This document shows, piece by piece, positions 52,607 to 64,000 of a stretch of 64,000 nt of DNA (positions are counted from its first letter, which is position 1; every line of letters starts with the position of its first letter). Under the pieces are notes generated by a model, which searched no databases, was not told where the DNA came from, and was given only the letters and a program-made list of their open reading frames with translations. Made by a program: the position numbers and the translations under genes. This stretch comes from Strigamia acuminata (lineage: Eukaryota). The DNA lies in the NCBI GenBank assembly GCA_949358305.1, contig OX442314.1, forward strand, positions 16,616,001-16,680,000. The letters are read 5' to 3'.

Positions 52607-54290
52607 ATGTTTCAAATTATTCCTCTCCTCAGCCTCTTGGCTCTGTCTTCAGCTATGCTGACACCAGAAGTACTCGCAATTAATTTCAATCTTCAGTGTT
52701 TAACATATAAACATCTATATATTTTAATGTAGGGTAGGTTCAAAATTTCATTGCTTCTGGGATCTAAATGAATGCGATAAACACCTGTATCTTCACCTAA
52801 CTAAGAACGATGTCTCCAAAGTATTTGAGACTCTACTCCCTCTTACTCCGTTTAGTGAACAAATTATGGGCCCCTTACCTCCGACCGGTCTTTCACCATC
52901 TCAAATGACCCCTCTGGTATCACCTACCCTTTATCAGAAGAATAAGATCTGTGGTCATCTGCTCCAGTAGTCTCAATGGTCTGTCGGTCTTTGGAAGGAA
53001 TTTCCCCCGGAGATCCTTGAGACAATCTTCTCGTGCTCAGCCCACCAACTGCAGATTACAGAAACGAATGTACAAATATATCTTAAAGAATCAACTTCAT
53101 TAACAATAACACAGTATATTGTATATACTGTTAAATAGATAAATAAATGATTTTTATAGACTTTGAGGGCTGGGAAAGCACTATTGACGAGCGCATTATT
53201 GGTGGAACAGAAGCCCGCAAAAATAGTTACCCTTTTATAGTAAGTATACGAAAAAGGACGAGGACTATTTTCGAATTTGGATAAAACTACGGAAACTGAT
53301 GGTTTTTCGTTTACAGGTTCGAATTGAAGCCACTAATATGGGCGGAAGTGAATTATTGTGCGGAGGAACTCTTATCAATGACTTTTATGTAGTAACCGCA
53401 GCACATTGTGTCGAATATACCGAGTAAGTCTATAATTACATATTTTGTTGCAAATTTTAATTAATTTGATTTTTGTCTTCTATTGAAAAAAAAAATATTA
53501 CAATAGCAATCCAGTTCGTTCTATTACACTTCATTTCGGTGACCATTATCTTAATCGTCCAGACGATACACAAACAACGATGAGCATCCCCATGAAAAAT
53601 GTAAAGATTTTTTTTTGCCTTTCTACAGGTTGTTAAAAATGAAATTGCGTTTAATTTTAGATCGAGGTGCATCCTTTATATAATGAAAGACGCCTAACAA
53701 ATGACATTGCCCTTATTCGCCTTCCCAGCAAAGCACCGATTTCAGCTCACGTCAAACCAATATGCGTAACCTCCGCTACAACCGCAGCTAAACATGAAAA
53801 GGCAACAGCCATCGGTTGGGGATTAACCAAAAACGGTCAAGAAGGTAAAAAAAATTAACCGTAAACAAACAGAGAGCGTATTACAAAATATGAATCACTT
53901 AAAGGTGGAGACGTTAGTGAAGTGCTCAAAGAAGTTAGTCTTCCAATCCTTCCAAATGATGAATGTCGTTTGTTCTTTTTTTTCAATCCAAATATAATGA
54001 TTTGTGCCGGGAACACAAAAGGGCTGCCAGCAGCAATTTGCTCCGTAATAACCTCGGAATTTGTTATACTTTTTTGTATTGACCTGATCTAATAGTTGAT
54101 TTGTGTATAGGGTGATTCTGGTGGACCATTTGTTTTGCACACTGGTTCAGAATATGCCCTCACAGGCCTCTCTTCGTTCGGTTCTAAAAACGGATGTGTT
54201 TTTGTTGGTTACGGCGTAGTGTTCACTCGATTGTCCGCCTTCATTCCCTGGATGCAAAAGCATATGGGAACTGGTCTGTGTATTGTATAA
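52607..54290 (+). CDS. Secreted S1A serine protease, paralog 6
   Basis: Exon 1 52607-52669, 1-nt exon 52733, enlarged intron 52734-53159, exon 3 from 53160; intact triad motifs. Confidence 0.92.
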
Positions 54291-54850
54291 GATGAATAAT
54301 AAAAGCCTCGTGTAATTAATTGTTATGTCATCAATTATTCGACTGTTGCTAAAACAGTGAGTACCATTTCAGAGCAAAGAATTATTTATGCTCCAGTTTA
54401 ACATGCGTTAATAATAACCGAAGATTTGTTGCTACATTAACACAGAAACATAATACAAGCAAACCTCACAATACCACTATGGGAAACATTTCCCATCAAG
54501 AGATGGCACTTAAACAACCCCGGGAATCAAGAATGTAGCAACAAAATAATCCAATGCACACAGACACATTTCTTACTTCTCTCACCACAGACCAACACTG
54601 ATAACAAACACACCAACAAACAACAACTCCTCCTAGTGCCACTCCTGCCAGGCATTTCAAAATGTGACAAGAAACGTTACGGAAGTAGTTTTGTTGAATT
54701 CACAAATTCACAAATGATCTGTGGTTGTATTAAAGCGCCGCATATAGGTTATTAGAGTAACTATTGACAACATGTGCAAGAACATCTGCGATTGACAATA
54801 CATTCGGAACAAAAAGATTAAATTGTATTACCATAAACTAAAAGCGACTA

Positions 54851-55036
54851 CAGTGTAGGCTGCGTAGTCCGGACATAGGACGGGACCCAGAAACTTGTCC
54901 GGTCTATGGAATGTCCGGATGGGAGAGGAGATTTAATGTTGCTGGGTATTGGGCGGGACCAAATCAGGCCCTCCAAACTGTCCGGACCACACAGCTGTCC
55001 GGACGGTGCTATGTCCGGGCTACGCAGCCTACACTG
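54851..55036. mobile_element. Young Tc1/mariner-type MITE, 186 bp
   Basis: 28-bp TIRs CAGTGTAGGCTGCGTAG(T/C)CCGGACATAG with one mismatch; TA on both sides; internal TGTCCGG repeats. Confidence 0.9.
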
Positions 55037-55099
55037 TATTTATTCCAGATAAAGCTGCAATGTATTTCAATTGAATCATCATTTCATTCCCAATAAACT

Positions 55100-56428
55100 A
55101 ATTGCAACGAGTACGAAGCCGCGTCCTGCGAAACAGGAAGTGTGTAACACTTGAAATTTTCGAGAAACGGTAGCGCCACCTGGTGGCGGTTTGTATTTGA
55201 AAATTTGAAATTGTTCGTTCCCGATACGATGAATGCTCTTTTCTATGTCGAAATGAGCTCGGAAAATTATGAAACCAAGCTCAAACGATTGCAAATTGAA
55301 TTTTGCATCCGCCTGTATCTTTTATTTTTTAATTTGGTCAAGGAAAACTACCGATTCGGACGTTTTTAGCGGGTGAACGAATGGAGAAAATTGCGAATTG
55401 TTCGTCGCGATACTTTTTTGTTTTTTTCTACGTCGTAATGAGGTCGGAAAATAATGAAACCAAGCTCATTTTGAAGAGGAGACAATTCTGCACAACCCTG
55501 TATTTTTTATTTTTTGATTCGGGTAAAATAAAGTAGCGATTCTGGCGATTGTAGCGGGGATCGAATGGAGAAATTTGAAAATGTTTGTCCCGATGTGTTT
55601 TTTTAGGATAATTCTGAAACCAGGCTCATTGGAAAGATAATCAAAATCTGCACAAGTCTGTATTTTTTTAAAATTCGAATCGGTAGAGAAAAAGTACAGA
55701 TTCGGGCGATCTTAGCGGGCGACCGAATGAGGAATTTGGTTCAAAATTTGGATTCGACCATGAAAAACCTAAAATTTGAAAAAAGAACCGATTGGAATGT
55801 TTAAATAAAGTTTCCAGTGTGGAAAATTCCGCTGAAAACAATGGTGTCAAAAACATTTTGATTGGAATTATGGTTGGGCTTTTAATTTGCAAAAATCAAT
55901 CTTTTATGTACTACAGTTTTGAACAAATTGTAGCCACGGTCGTGGGAAATATTAAATATTTGAAAAATCTGAGTTGATTTTCAGATTCCCAGAGTGTGTT
56001 TATGCTTTCTATCCAAACTGTCGTTACACTTATTCAAAATGGCAGGTCATTGCAGGTCTTTGCGAATGTTGGCGGGTCTTTGAGGGTGTTTGCGGGTGCC
56101 TGCGGGTGTTTGCGAGTTTTGGCAGGTCTTTGCGGGTCTTTGCGGGGTGATGGCGGGTGTTTGCGCAATGATGGCGGGATGATGGCGGGTGTTTGCGGGG
56201 ATGTTGGTGGATGATGGCTGCATTGGCGTTTGGTTTTGTTGGGTTTGATTTTGGTTTGGTTTGGTTTGGTTTGGGTTAAAGTTTTGTTGGATTTTGGTTT
56301 AAGTTTTCCATTATTTTGCAAAATTGTATTTTTATTTTATTTTTATTTTGCTGTATACAGTATATATTGTTTGATTTATGGCAAAAATTGATCTATGGTT
56401 TGCGGGTGAACGGCGGGTGAACAGCTAG
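55100..56428 (+). mobile_element. Non-autonomous Helitron-like element with internal tandem repeats
   Basis: 3' end GCGGGTGAACGGCGGGTGAACAGCTAG|T; three diverged units of about 160-185 bp (55210-55735), a TTGCGGGT(G/C)T minisatellite (56040-56210) and (TTTGG)n. 5' boundary uncertain. Confidence 0.55.
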
Positions 56429-57099
56429 TGATGTTTACTAATTTAAAATATTTCGAAACAAAACTTGACACCCTTTTCATTTTTGAAACCTTAATTTTAG
56501 CAACACGGCACAATTGGAATGGAAAAAAGGTTTATCAAATATAATATTCAACCTATAATTGAGAGGTTTCACTTCTTTCATCTGGTCTAAAGCACACACT
56601 TTTTTTAAAAAATAAAATGTCTGGTTGGACTTTACATAAGGTAACAAGCTCTTTTATAAGGATCACGTAGGTCATCAATAAGTTATTTCCAACAAGAACA
56701 TTTAAATGGTCATAATATAGTACCATACTGAAAAAGGTGAAATTTAAAATTTAAATATAATTATAATATATAATATAATCTAATATTAATTAAAATTAAT
56801 TTTGATGAAACATATACAACAGGAGAAACTTGAGGCGATCAAAATAACCATAAAAATGATTTCATTAGACTCACATCGGTGCGCTGTGCGCGCCAGCTAC
56901 AAACAAACAACACAATATGAAAATTTTTCTTGAATGACCTACTAACAAGTCTTATTAATAAAAACATCTGTCATACTGCCGCCTCCGCAAAAGTAATTCT
57001 CTTTCAAGTTTCTAAGCAAATTAAACAAAATCTATATAAATTCGTTGCAAACTAAAAAATTCATCTTGAGACCAGTCGACCTTCTTTGGACCTCACACC

Positions 57100-58419
57100 A
57101 TGTTTCAAATTATTCCTCTTTTCAGCCTCTTGGCGCTCACTTCGGCTATGCTGACACCCGAAGTACTCGCAATTAATTTCAATACTCAGTGTATAACATA
57201 TAATATAATATATATTTTTTAATATAGGGTATGTCCAAAATTCATCTCTTCTGGAATCTAATTGGATACGTATAATGAATAATTTCTTGTAGATTTTGAG
57301 GGTTTGGAAAACACAGTTGACGAGCGCATTATTGGTGGAAACGAAGCCCGCAAAAACAGTCACCCTTTTATAGTTAGTATACGACCAAGGACGAGGACTA
57401 TTTTCAAATTTGAATAAAACTACGGAAACTGATGGTTTTTCGAATACAGGTTCGAATTGAAGCCTATAGAATGGACGGATCTGATTTATTGTGCGGAGGA
57501 ACACTTATCAATGAGTTTTTTGTAGTAACCGCAGCACATTGTGTCACAATGTCCGAGTAAGTCTATATTTGCATAATATGTTGCAAATTTTGATTAATTT
57601 GGTTTCTTTCTGTATTTAAAAAAAATTATTACAATAGTAATCCGATCCGTACTTTTTCAATTCATTTCGGTGACCATTATCTTTTTCATCCAGATGATAC
57701 ACAAACAACGATGAGCATCCCCTTGAGAAATGTAAAGATTATCGTTTTACCATTCTTCAGGTTGTCGAAAATGAAATTGCATTTAATTTTAGATTGTGGC
57801 GCATCCTTCATATGATGAGTTACGCCTAACAAATGACATTGCCCTTATTCGCCTTCCCAGCAGAGCACCGATTTCAGCTCACGTCAAAACGTTATGCGTA
57901 ACCTCTGCTGCAACCGCAGCCAAACATCAAAAGGCAACAGCCATCGGCTGGGGATTAACCAAAAACGGCCACGAAGGTAAAAAAATTAAGCGTAAACAAA
58001 CAGTTAGCGTATTAAAAAATATGAATCACTTAAAGGTGGATCCGTTAGTCAAGTGCTCAAAGAAGTTAGTCTCCCAATCCTTCCACATGATCAATGCCGT
58101 TCGTTCTATTCTTTCAATCCTAATATAATGATTTGTGCCGGGAACACGAGAGGGCAGCAAGCATCAATTTGCTCCGTAATGACCTCGAAATTTGATTTAC
58201 TTTTTGGTATTGACCTAATCTAAACGTTGATTTGTTTAGGGTGATTCTGGTGGACCATTTGTTGTTAATACTGGTAATCAATATGCCCTCACAGGCCTCT
58301 CTTCGTTCGGTTCGACAACCGGATGTGTTACTGTTGGTTACGCTGTAGTGTTCGTTCGATTGTCCGCCTTCATTCCCTGGATACAATACTATGTGGGAGC
58401 TGGTCTGTGTATTGTATAA
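57100..58419 (+). CDS. Secreted S1A serine protease, paralog 7
   Basis: Exon 1 57100-57162, 1-nt exon 57228, exon 3 from 57293; all exons translate in phase with intact H/D/S motifs; TATATAAA at 57033-57040. Confidence 0.93.
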
Positions 58420-59768
58420 GATGAATAATAAAAGCCTCGTGTGATTAATTGTTATGTCATCAATTATTCGACTGTTGCTAAAACAATGAGTACCATTTCA
58501 GAGAAAATAATTCTTTACGCTCCGGTTCAAGATGCGTTAATAATAACCGTAATCTCGAAACAGTCAGATTATATTAAACAATCTAGTCTTTAGATTTGTT
58601 GCTACATTAATACAGAAACATAATACAAACGATGACAGTTAGCTTAACCTAAGTTATTACCTAAATGTAGTCAAATAAATTCTTGTGAAAAGAAGTACAT
58701 TTGTCGAGTTAGGGATGGGTGACAAGCCTGGAAATACTGTAAGCGAATGAGTCTTAACTTTCAAGAGATTAGCATTAGTAGTCAGTACATTACCATTAGT
58801 GTAAATTAATCCAGTCCGTATTGTATAGAACGAAAGCTATTCTTGATGTTACATGTTCACTGACACTGACATGACCCTTTCTTTGAAACATTTCTTTTTT
58901 TCTTCTTTATCAAATAAGGCCTGAGTTTTAAAATAATACAGGATGGAGCGACCTCTTTTATGCGAGCGCTTAAATAAAGTATTAAGTCACAAACCTTTTC
59001 ATTTTTATTTGAAAATAAAAAATCAGTCTTTTTTTCTAAATTAAATTAGTGGTCTTCATTGTAGTAGTAATTCTACTAAAATTATCTAAAACTGGTTCAT
59101 AAGATTCCTTATTTTTTCAACAAAAGAATCGCCTATAAACATACGACGCTTTAGTAGTGAGGCCATTTTTATAGAGCGTACCTCAATATAGAAGTCAATT
59201 CACGAGTCAATTTCAATTTTAAAAATACCTTTTGTTTATTTCATATTTTCAAACTAACTTCAAGTATAATTTTATTTCAAATTGTGAAAATGGCGACTTA
59301 TTAAATCGTAGCCGCGATCAATAAAATGTGTTTGATCAGTTTCAAGGTCAATAGGAATTATGCCACCAAAATACTTGCGGCTAAATGTTCAATCAGATAA
59401 TTTCTATTTGCCACCTTTTGATGGATTTAGATTTAATTACAGTGTAGATTTAATTACAAATCAAACCCAGGACTAATTTTCATGCAAATTTAAATTTATA
59501 AAAGCACTTCTTCCCATAACGCAAGCAAACAAAGCCAACGAATCAATATCTAAAACACGAACAAACAAGTTTTATAAACTTTTAATAGCATGAGCAAAAT
59601 AAAAATTACAATAACAGTAATTAATGAAGTACAGTACACTCGAGTGAGATGATCAAATGATGTATAAATGTATATACGAAAATAAACGATATATTGACTT
59701 TGCTTTTTTTTCTTCTAATTACAACTCTAAAATATTTACAATTCTACATTAAAAAACCAAAACACACG

Positions 59769-60469
59769 CTATTTTTTCCCTCTTTTCGAAGACTTCAACT
59801 TTCTCGGTTTGGCCGCACTCTTCTTAAGTACAGATCTCTTGGGGCTTTTTGGTTTCTTTGCCTTGGCAGCAACAGTTTTCTTTTTTGCCACAACTTTTTT
59901 CGGAGATTTTGCAATCGTAGACTTCTTTGCAATCGGTGACTTTGCTTTCTTTCTCTTCCCAATTTTCTTCTTGGGCGTTTCAACTCTTTCGATGATCTTC
60001 ACTTTCTCAGCTGGAGGAGGAGCGCTGGTTTTAAGAGACGACTTTCTTGGTATGCGCATAACAGGCCCTTCCTTGTCGGATATACGGAAAGATCCCGATG
60101 CACCTTGACCTTTGGCGTGTTTTAAAACTCCAGTGGACAGACCCCTTTTCAGAGCAATCTTTAAATGCGTATTCACTAGTTTTGTGTCTTTGCTGACTTC
60201 ATAATTCTCCATGATGTATTTCAAAATTGCTTGACGAGACAAACCATTTCGATCTTTTTTAAACAAAGAAAAGAAATAAAATTTAGAAAATTAAAAAAAT
60301 AATAATAATAATTTTTTATTTTAAATTTACCTTTAATTTCATTAATGGCGGAAATTGACATCTCCATGTAGTTGGGATGATTTGGAGTGTTTTTCTTTTT
60401 TTTCGGTTTGGCTGTCTTCGGTCGCCCTCTCGTCGCCACAGCTGGAGTTGCAGTTGCCGTATCAGACAT
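59769..60469 (-). CDS. Linker histone H1 variant (H1.0/H5/H1-delta-like), intron-containing
   Basis: Exons 60469-60331 and 60253-59769 (77-nt phase-1 intron). Winged-helix globular domain HPNYMEM...SRQAILKYI...KGQGASGSFRI; Lys-rich tail with SPKK, TPKK and SPKR. Confidence 0.92.
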
Positions 60470-60573
60470 GATGCGAGATGTTGATGCTGGATAACTTGTA
60501 GTCACGACACAAGAGCAAGATGTTTCAGTTCTGAAGCAAATTACTTAGTGCGAGTGGCGGCGCTCGCTCTCCC

Positions 60574-60668
60574 ATTTATGTGGAAGGCGCCGACCTGACA
60601 GAGAACTAAAACAATTCAAACCCAGTTGAAGTACAAAACGAGTCGGCTCTGACTCGTGTGTGTTTCTT
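60574..60668 (-). promoter_or_regulatory. H1 promoter: AC-box (AAGAAACACA) and TATA-like CATAAAT
   Basis: AAGAAACACA at 60668-60659, about 80 nt upstream of CATAAAT (60580-60574), with GC-rich motifs nearby. Confidence 0.55.
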
Positions 60669-62079
60669 CCATGGAAGAAGAACCTGCTGCACGCGTTAGT
60701 AAGTGCATCTGCACTGTATTTTATGAGGATATATTTAAAAGAGATAATCGGCTTCAATAATCTGTAATTATTTCGTTGTAAATCGGGTCATTCGGAGCGT
60801 GGTTAGGTTAAAATGGCTTATCCGCGCACGTGTAAAAGCATAATTTGTACACAACTTTGCTGCTATTTGCACGAATAATACATGCAAACATTAACAAATG
60901 GTCGGGAATAAATCTCGCACGTTTCGTGAGTTTATAAAACAGAAATCTTGCCTAATCAGTTCATTGCATCATATAGAAACAGCTGTGTACGTTGAAGCAA
61001 CAAACACAAGCCACTCATCCGCAGCCATATTGACTGTTGTTTTTCCCATGCTTTATTAAGGTACTGAAAATGTACATTTTTTGCATGCAAATCAAGTTGA
61101 TTCGTGACAATATTTGATTAAAAACAGTTTTATGAAGTGAATGGTAGTTTTCAGAACATTTTTAAGCAATGTCTGTTTGGACTTTACGTAACAACTTTTC
61201 TTGTAGGGTCACTTAGGTCATCAAAATGACCTGGTTGTATAGTGATTTTTTATTTTTGAAAACAATTTTCTCTCATCTTGATTCAACATTTGCACAACAA
61301 ATTACAATTAAAAATTTTTCAACTGCATGTTTCTTAACATTTAAAAATGTACAATTTAACATTTCATTTATTCAATATGACGTGATATCTGTTTATAATA
61401 CGTACAGAAACCATTGACTTACATCAAATTGTTTCATTTTTCGTCTGTGTTGTAAAATCTCAGCAATAAAAAAACTAAGTTTAATTTTTCAAAAAAATAT
61501 TTATTTTATAAAAATAATTAACACAATCCCCGCCCCTCCCTCCTCCCCGTGTGTGCTAAATTAAACCCTCATATTACACGCTAAATGTTGTGAAATACAT
61601 TAATCACTAAAAATAGTTTGTCCAGGCGCTGTTTTATAGTAAACATACATTTCTAATTTAATTAAAGAATGTGTTACAAGCTACCGTCTATAATTCAGAT
61701 CTTTTTAATGCACTTACCACATTTTGCACACACGTGATGTAAAAATAACAAAGTATTGCACTATACCGATTCAGCAAATTAAATACTTAAATACTTAATA
61801 TCGTTTAATCATAATCATATTCATGCTAAACCGTGCGGTTTTCACAAATTTACGTAAAATAAAATAAATTTATAACCTCCCAACGACAACATATTAGTTG
61901 GAAAATGTTGTCATTTGTTCGGATGGCATTTTGTGAAGTATGCAAGTATTCGAGTGACCCTAAACCCATGTGAACTCGCAAGATTGTAAAATCAACACCC
62001 GAATTAACAATTTAAATCGACCCGAATCCATTATATACTGAGAAAACAATTGACAAAAATCATCATAAATTTTTCCCGG

Positions 62080-63256
62080 CTAAATCATTTGCAATTGAAG
62101 GTATTTTTTCATGGCTTCGCTGCTGTATCGAGGATCAGGAGTGAGACTCGACTCAAACCTCTTGGTCGGCGTGGCTCCCCACACACACAATGCTTTACGA
62201 TTGATCAACGCATACCTAAAAGATAAATAACCTATAGTATACAACTTTATTTAACTCAATTGTGCGTACAAACAACTTACTTTGAGTTTGTCAGGTTTAG
62301 AAGAAAATTCCAATAACTGTGTGAAAGACCATCAGGTTGGAATAAACTCTGAGAAAGTGAAAACAATGTTTAAAATTACTAGGCTCTGACGTCTTAAAAG
62401 CTAAGATTACCACATGGAACATGCTCGCGGTTAACGCTGCATATAGAATATCCAGAGAATAAGGTATGACTGGTATGTGACCATTTTTTATCCCAATTGA
62501 GCACAGGAGCTATTAACAATCAATTAATTATTCAAAACTGTTTGGCTTAATAAAATTACTAACTTCGATCATCTTCCAGAAGCTGTACGATGCTAATGCA
62601 GGCGATGGAAACAGTAACATTGACCAACCAGCTACAAATCCAGATAGAAGACCATTAATGGGTTCATCTGTATTTCTAATCCATCTAAGCAGGCAATTTA
62701 AAGACTGCAAATATTTGTTATTTTGACAACCAAAACTTCTAGTGCCAAGTCTACCCTTCGCAACTTAACTTACCCTACAGAAGAGAGTAAAACTTCCCAA
62801 AAATAATCCAAATTTCACATTTTGGCTAGACAGAAGATATAAAACTAACACTTGTGGGTACTTTATTGTTAGTTTAAATGATGATATTGCTTTTAATAGG
62901 ACTTTACCAATGTATCCGACGAAAAATGGGCGTAAAAATCCCTAGAAATATATAGAGAAATGTAGAATTTTGCACTGGTAATCTACAGTCGTATAATAAC
63001 AAACCGTGATGCAATAGTGCACGCATCCTTTTTCATGAACACAACATTTGTGTTTAGGCCCAAACTGAATTGAATCTATAAGATAATTTATATAAAATAA
63101 AGTAAAATGAAAAACGTTAAATTAAACAAGTTACCTAATATTTTTTTGTACGTGTTAAGTACTGAAGGTTTGTTCAGTTGATTTTCATGATTTTTCTTAG
63201 CATCATTTGGATAATTTTTACTCGGTGATCCACCTTCGCCCGGTCCAACGAGAAAC
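62080..63256 (-). CDS. TMEM135: Transmembrane protein 135-like, 3' exons (5' exons unresolved)
   Basis: Successive exons translate to FLVGPGE..., FGPKHKCCVHEKGCVHY, FGLFLGSF, CLLRWIRNTD...SGFVAGWSM, ILYAALTASMFH, SYWNFLLNLT, YALINRK...; stop at 62082-62080. Confidence 0.85.
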
Positions 63257-64000
63257 CTGAAAAAAAGCGAAAATGTTATATATACCACAAAATTCATACA
63301 TTTCGATATTTCCCACGAAACAATAAGAAACTTATCAGATTTGGCTTTATATTCAAATTAAAAATTAAATTCAGTATTGCAACAACAAATAAATGGAATT
63401 ACTTCCCCATCATTGTGTGTCAAAAAATGTTTGCAGGAAATTTTAAAACGAAATACAGTACTGCTGTACTTGAATTCACCTCTCACGAATAGGATGGAAA
63501 CAACCAAAATAAATATGTTTTATTTTTTATTTATTTATTTACAAAATAATTTCGCATTTGGAGCCCACTTGCCCTTTACCTACCGTAACTACACTAAATT
63601 ACCAAAAAAATTACCGAAATAATCGTTCAAAATATTGTTAGTATAAAAAATAGTAGTTAATTTTACTTATGGTATGTACTGATATCATTGTTATTGTGGC
63701 GCTGTGTATTGTTGCGTATGACAACAGCTGTTCGCCTTTGTATTGTACCAGAGATGGAGTAGATACTAAACTTGTATATTCCTTTAATCCTAATCTCATA
63801 TCTCTTACTCCTGATACAACAAATATTTCAAAAATAAATTAAATTTTAGAAAATAATATGATAAGTGTTGGGAATGATCAAATTATTCAAAATTTTAAAA
63901 AGCACAGTCTGCTAAAATATACAAAACTGGTAAAAATAATTCCAGTCAGCTGGAGGAGATAACTGTGCTGTCTGATGTTATGTAACAAAATTAAAAATAA

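Noticed and set aside
55996..56321. ORFs of 72 and 95 aa
   Set aside because: Low-complexity translations of a minisatellite and microsatellite.
57061..57504. 147-aa minus-strand ORF
   Set aside because: Antisense shadow of protease paralog 7; not open in the other paralogs according to the ORF track.

Overview
AT-rich animal genomic DNA (invertebrate, probably arthropod-like; most introns about 55-100 nt; species not determinable). From left to right: the 3' end of a BEL/Pao LTR retrotransposon (integrase plus 3' LTR, 1-1325); about 32 kb without recognisable coding exons, holding a decayed Ty1/Copia element whose LTR carries two MITEs, plus candidate minus-strand first exons, so it may be a giant intron; a 14-coding-exon bubblegum-type acyl-CoA synthetase (minus strand); a decayed tRNA-Gly; a tandem array of seven intact secreted S1A chymotrypsin/elastase-like proteases (plus strand, 39.1-58.4 kb) interspersed with MITEs and a Helitron-like element; an intron-containing linker histone H1; and the 3' part of TMEM135. 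The most striking observation is that all seven protease genes appear to contain a conserved single-nucleotide exon (AG|G|GT) between the signal-peptide and propeptide exons, which restores the reading frame. All calls were made by eye without database searches, and coordinates may be off by a few bases.
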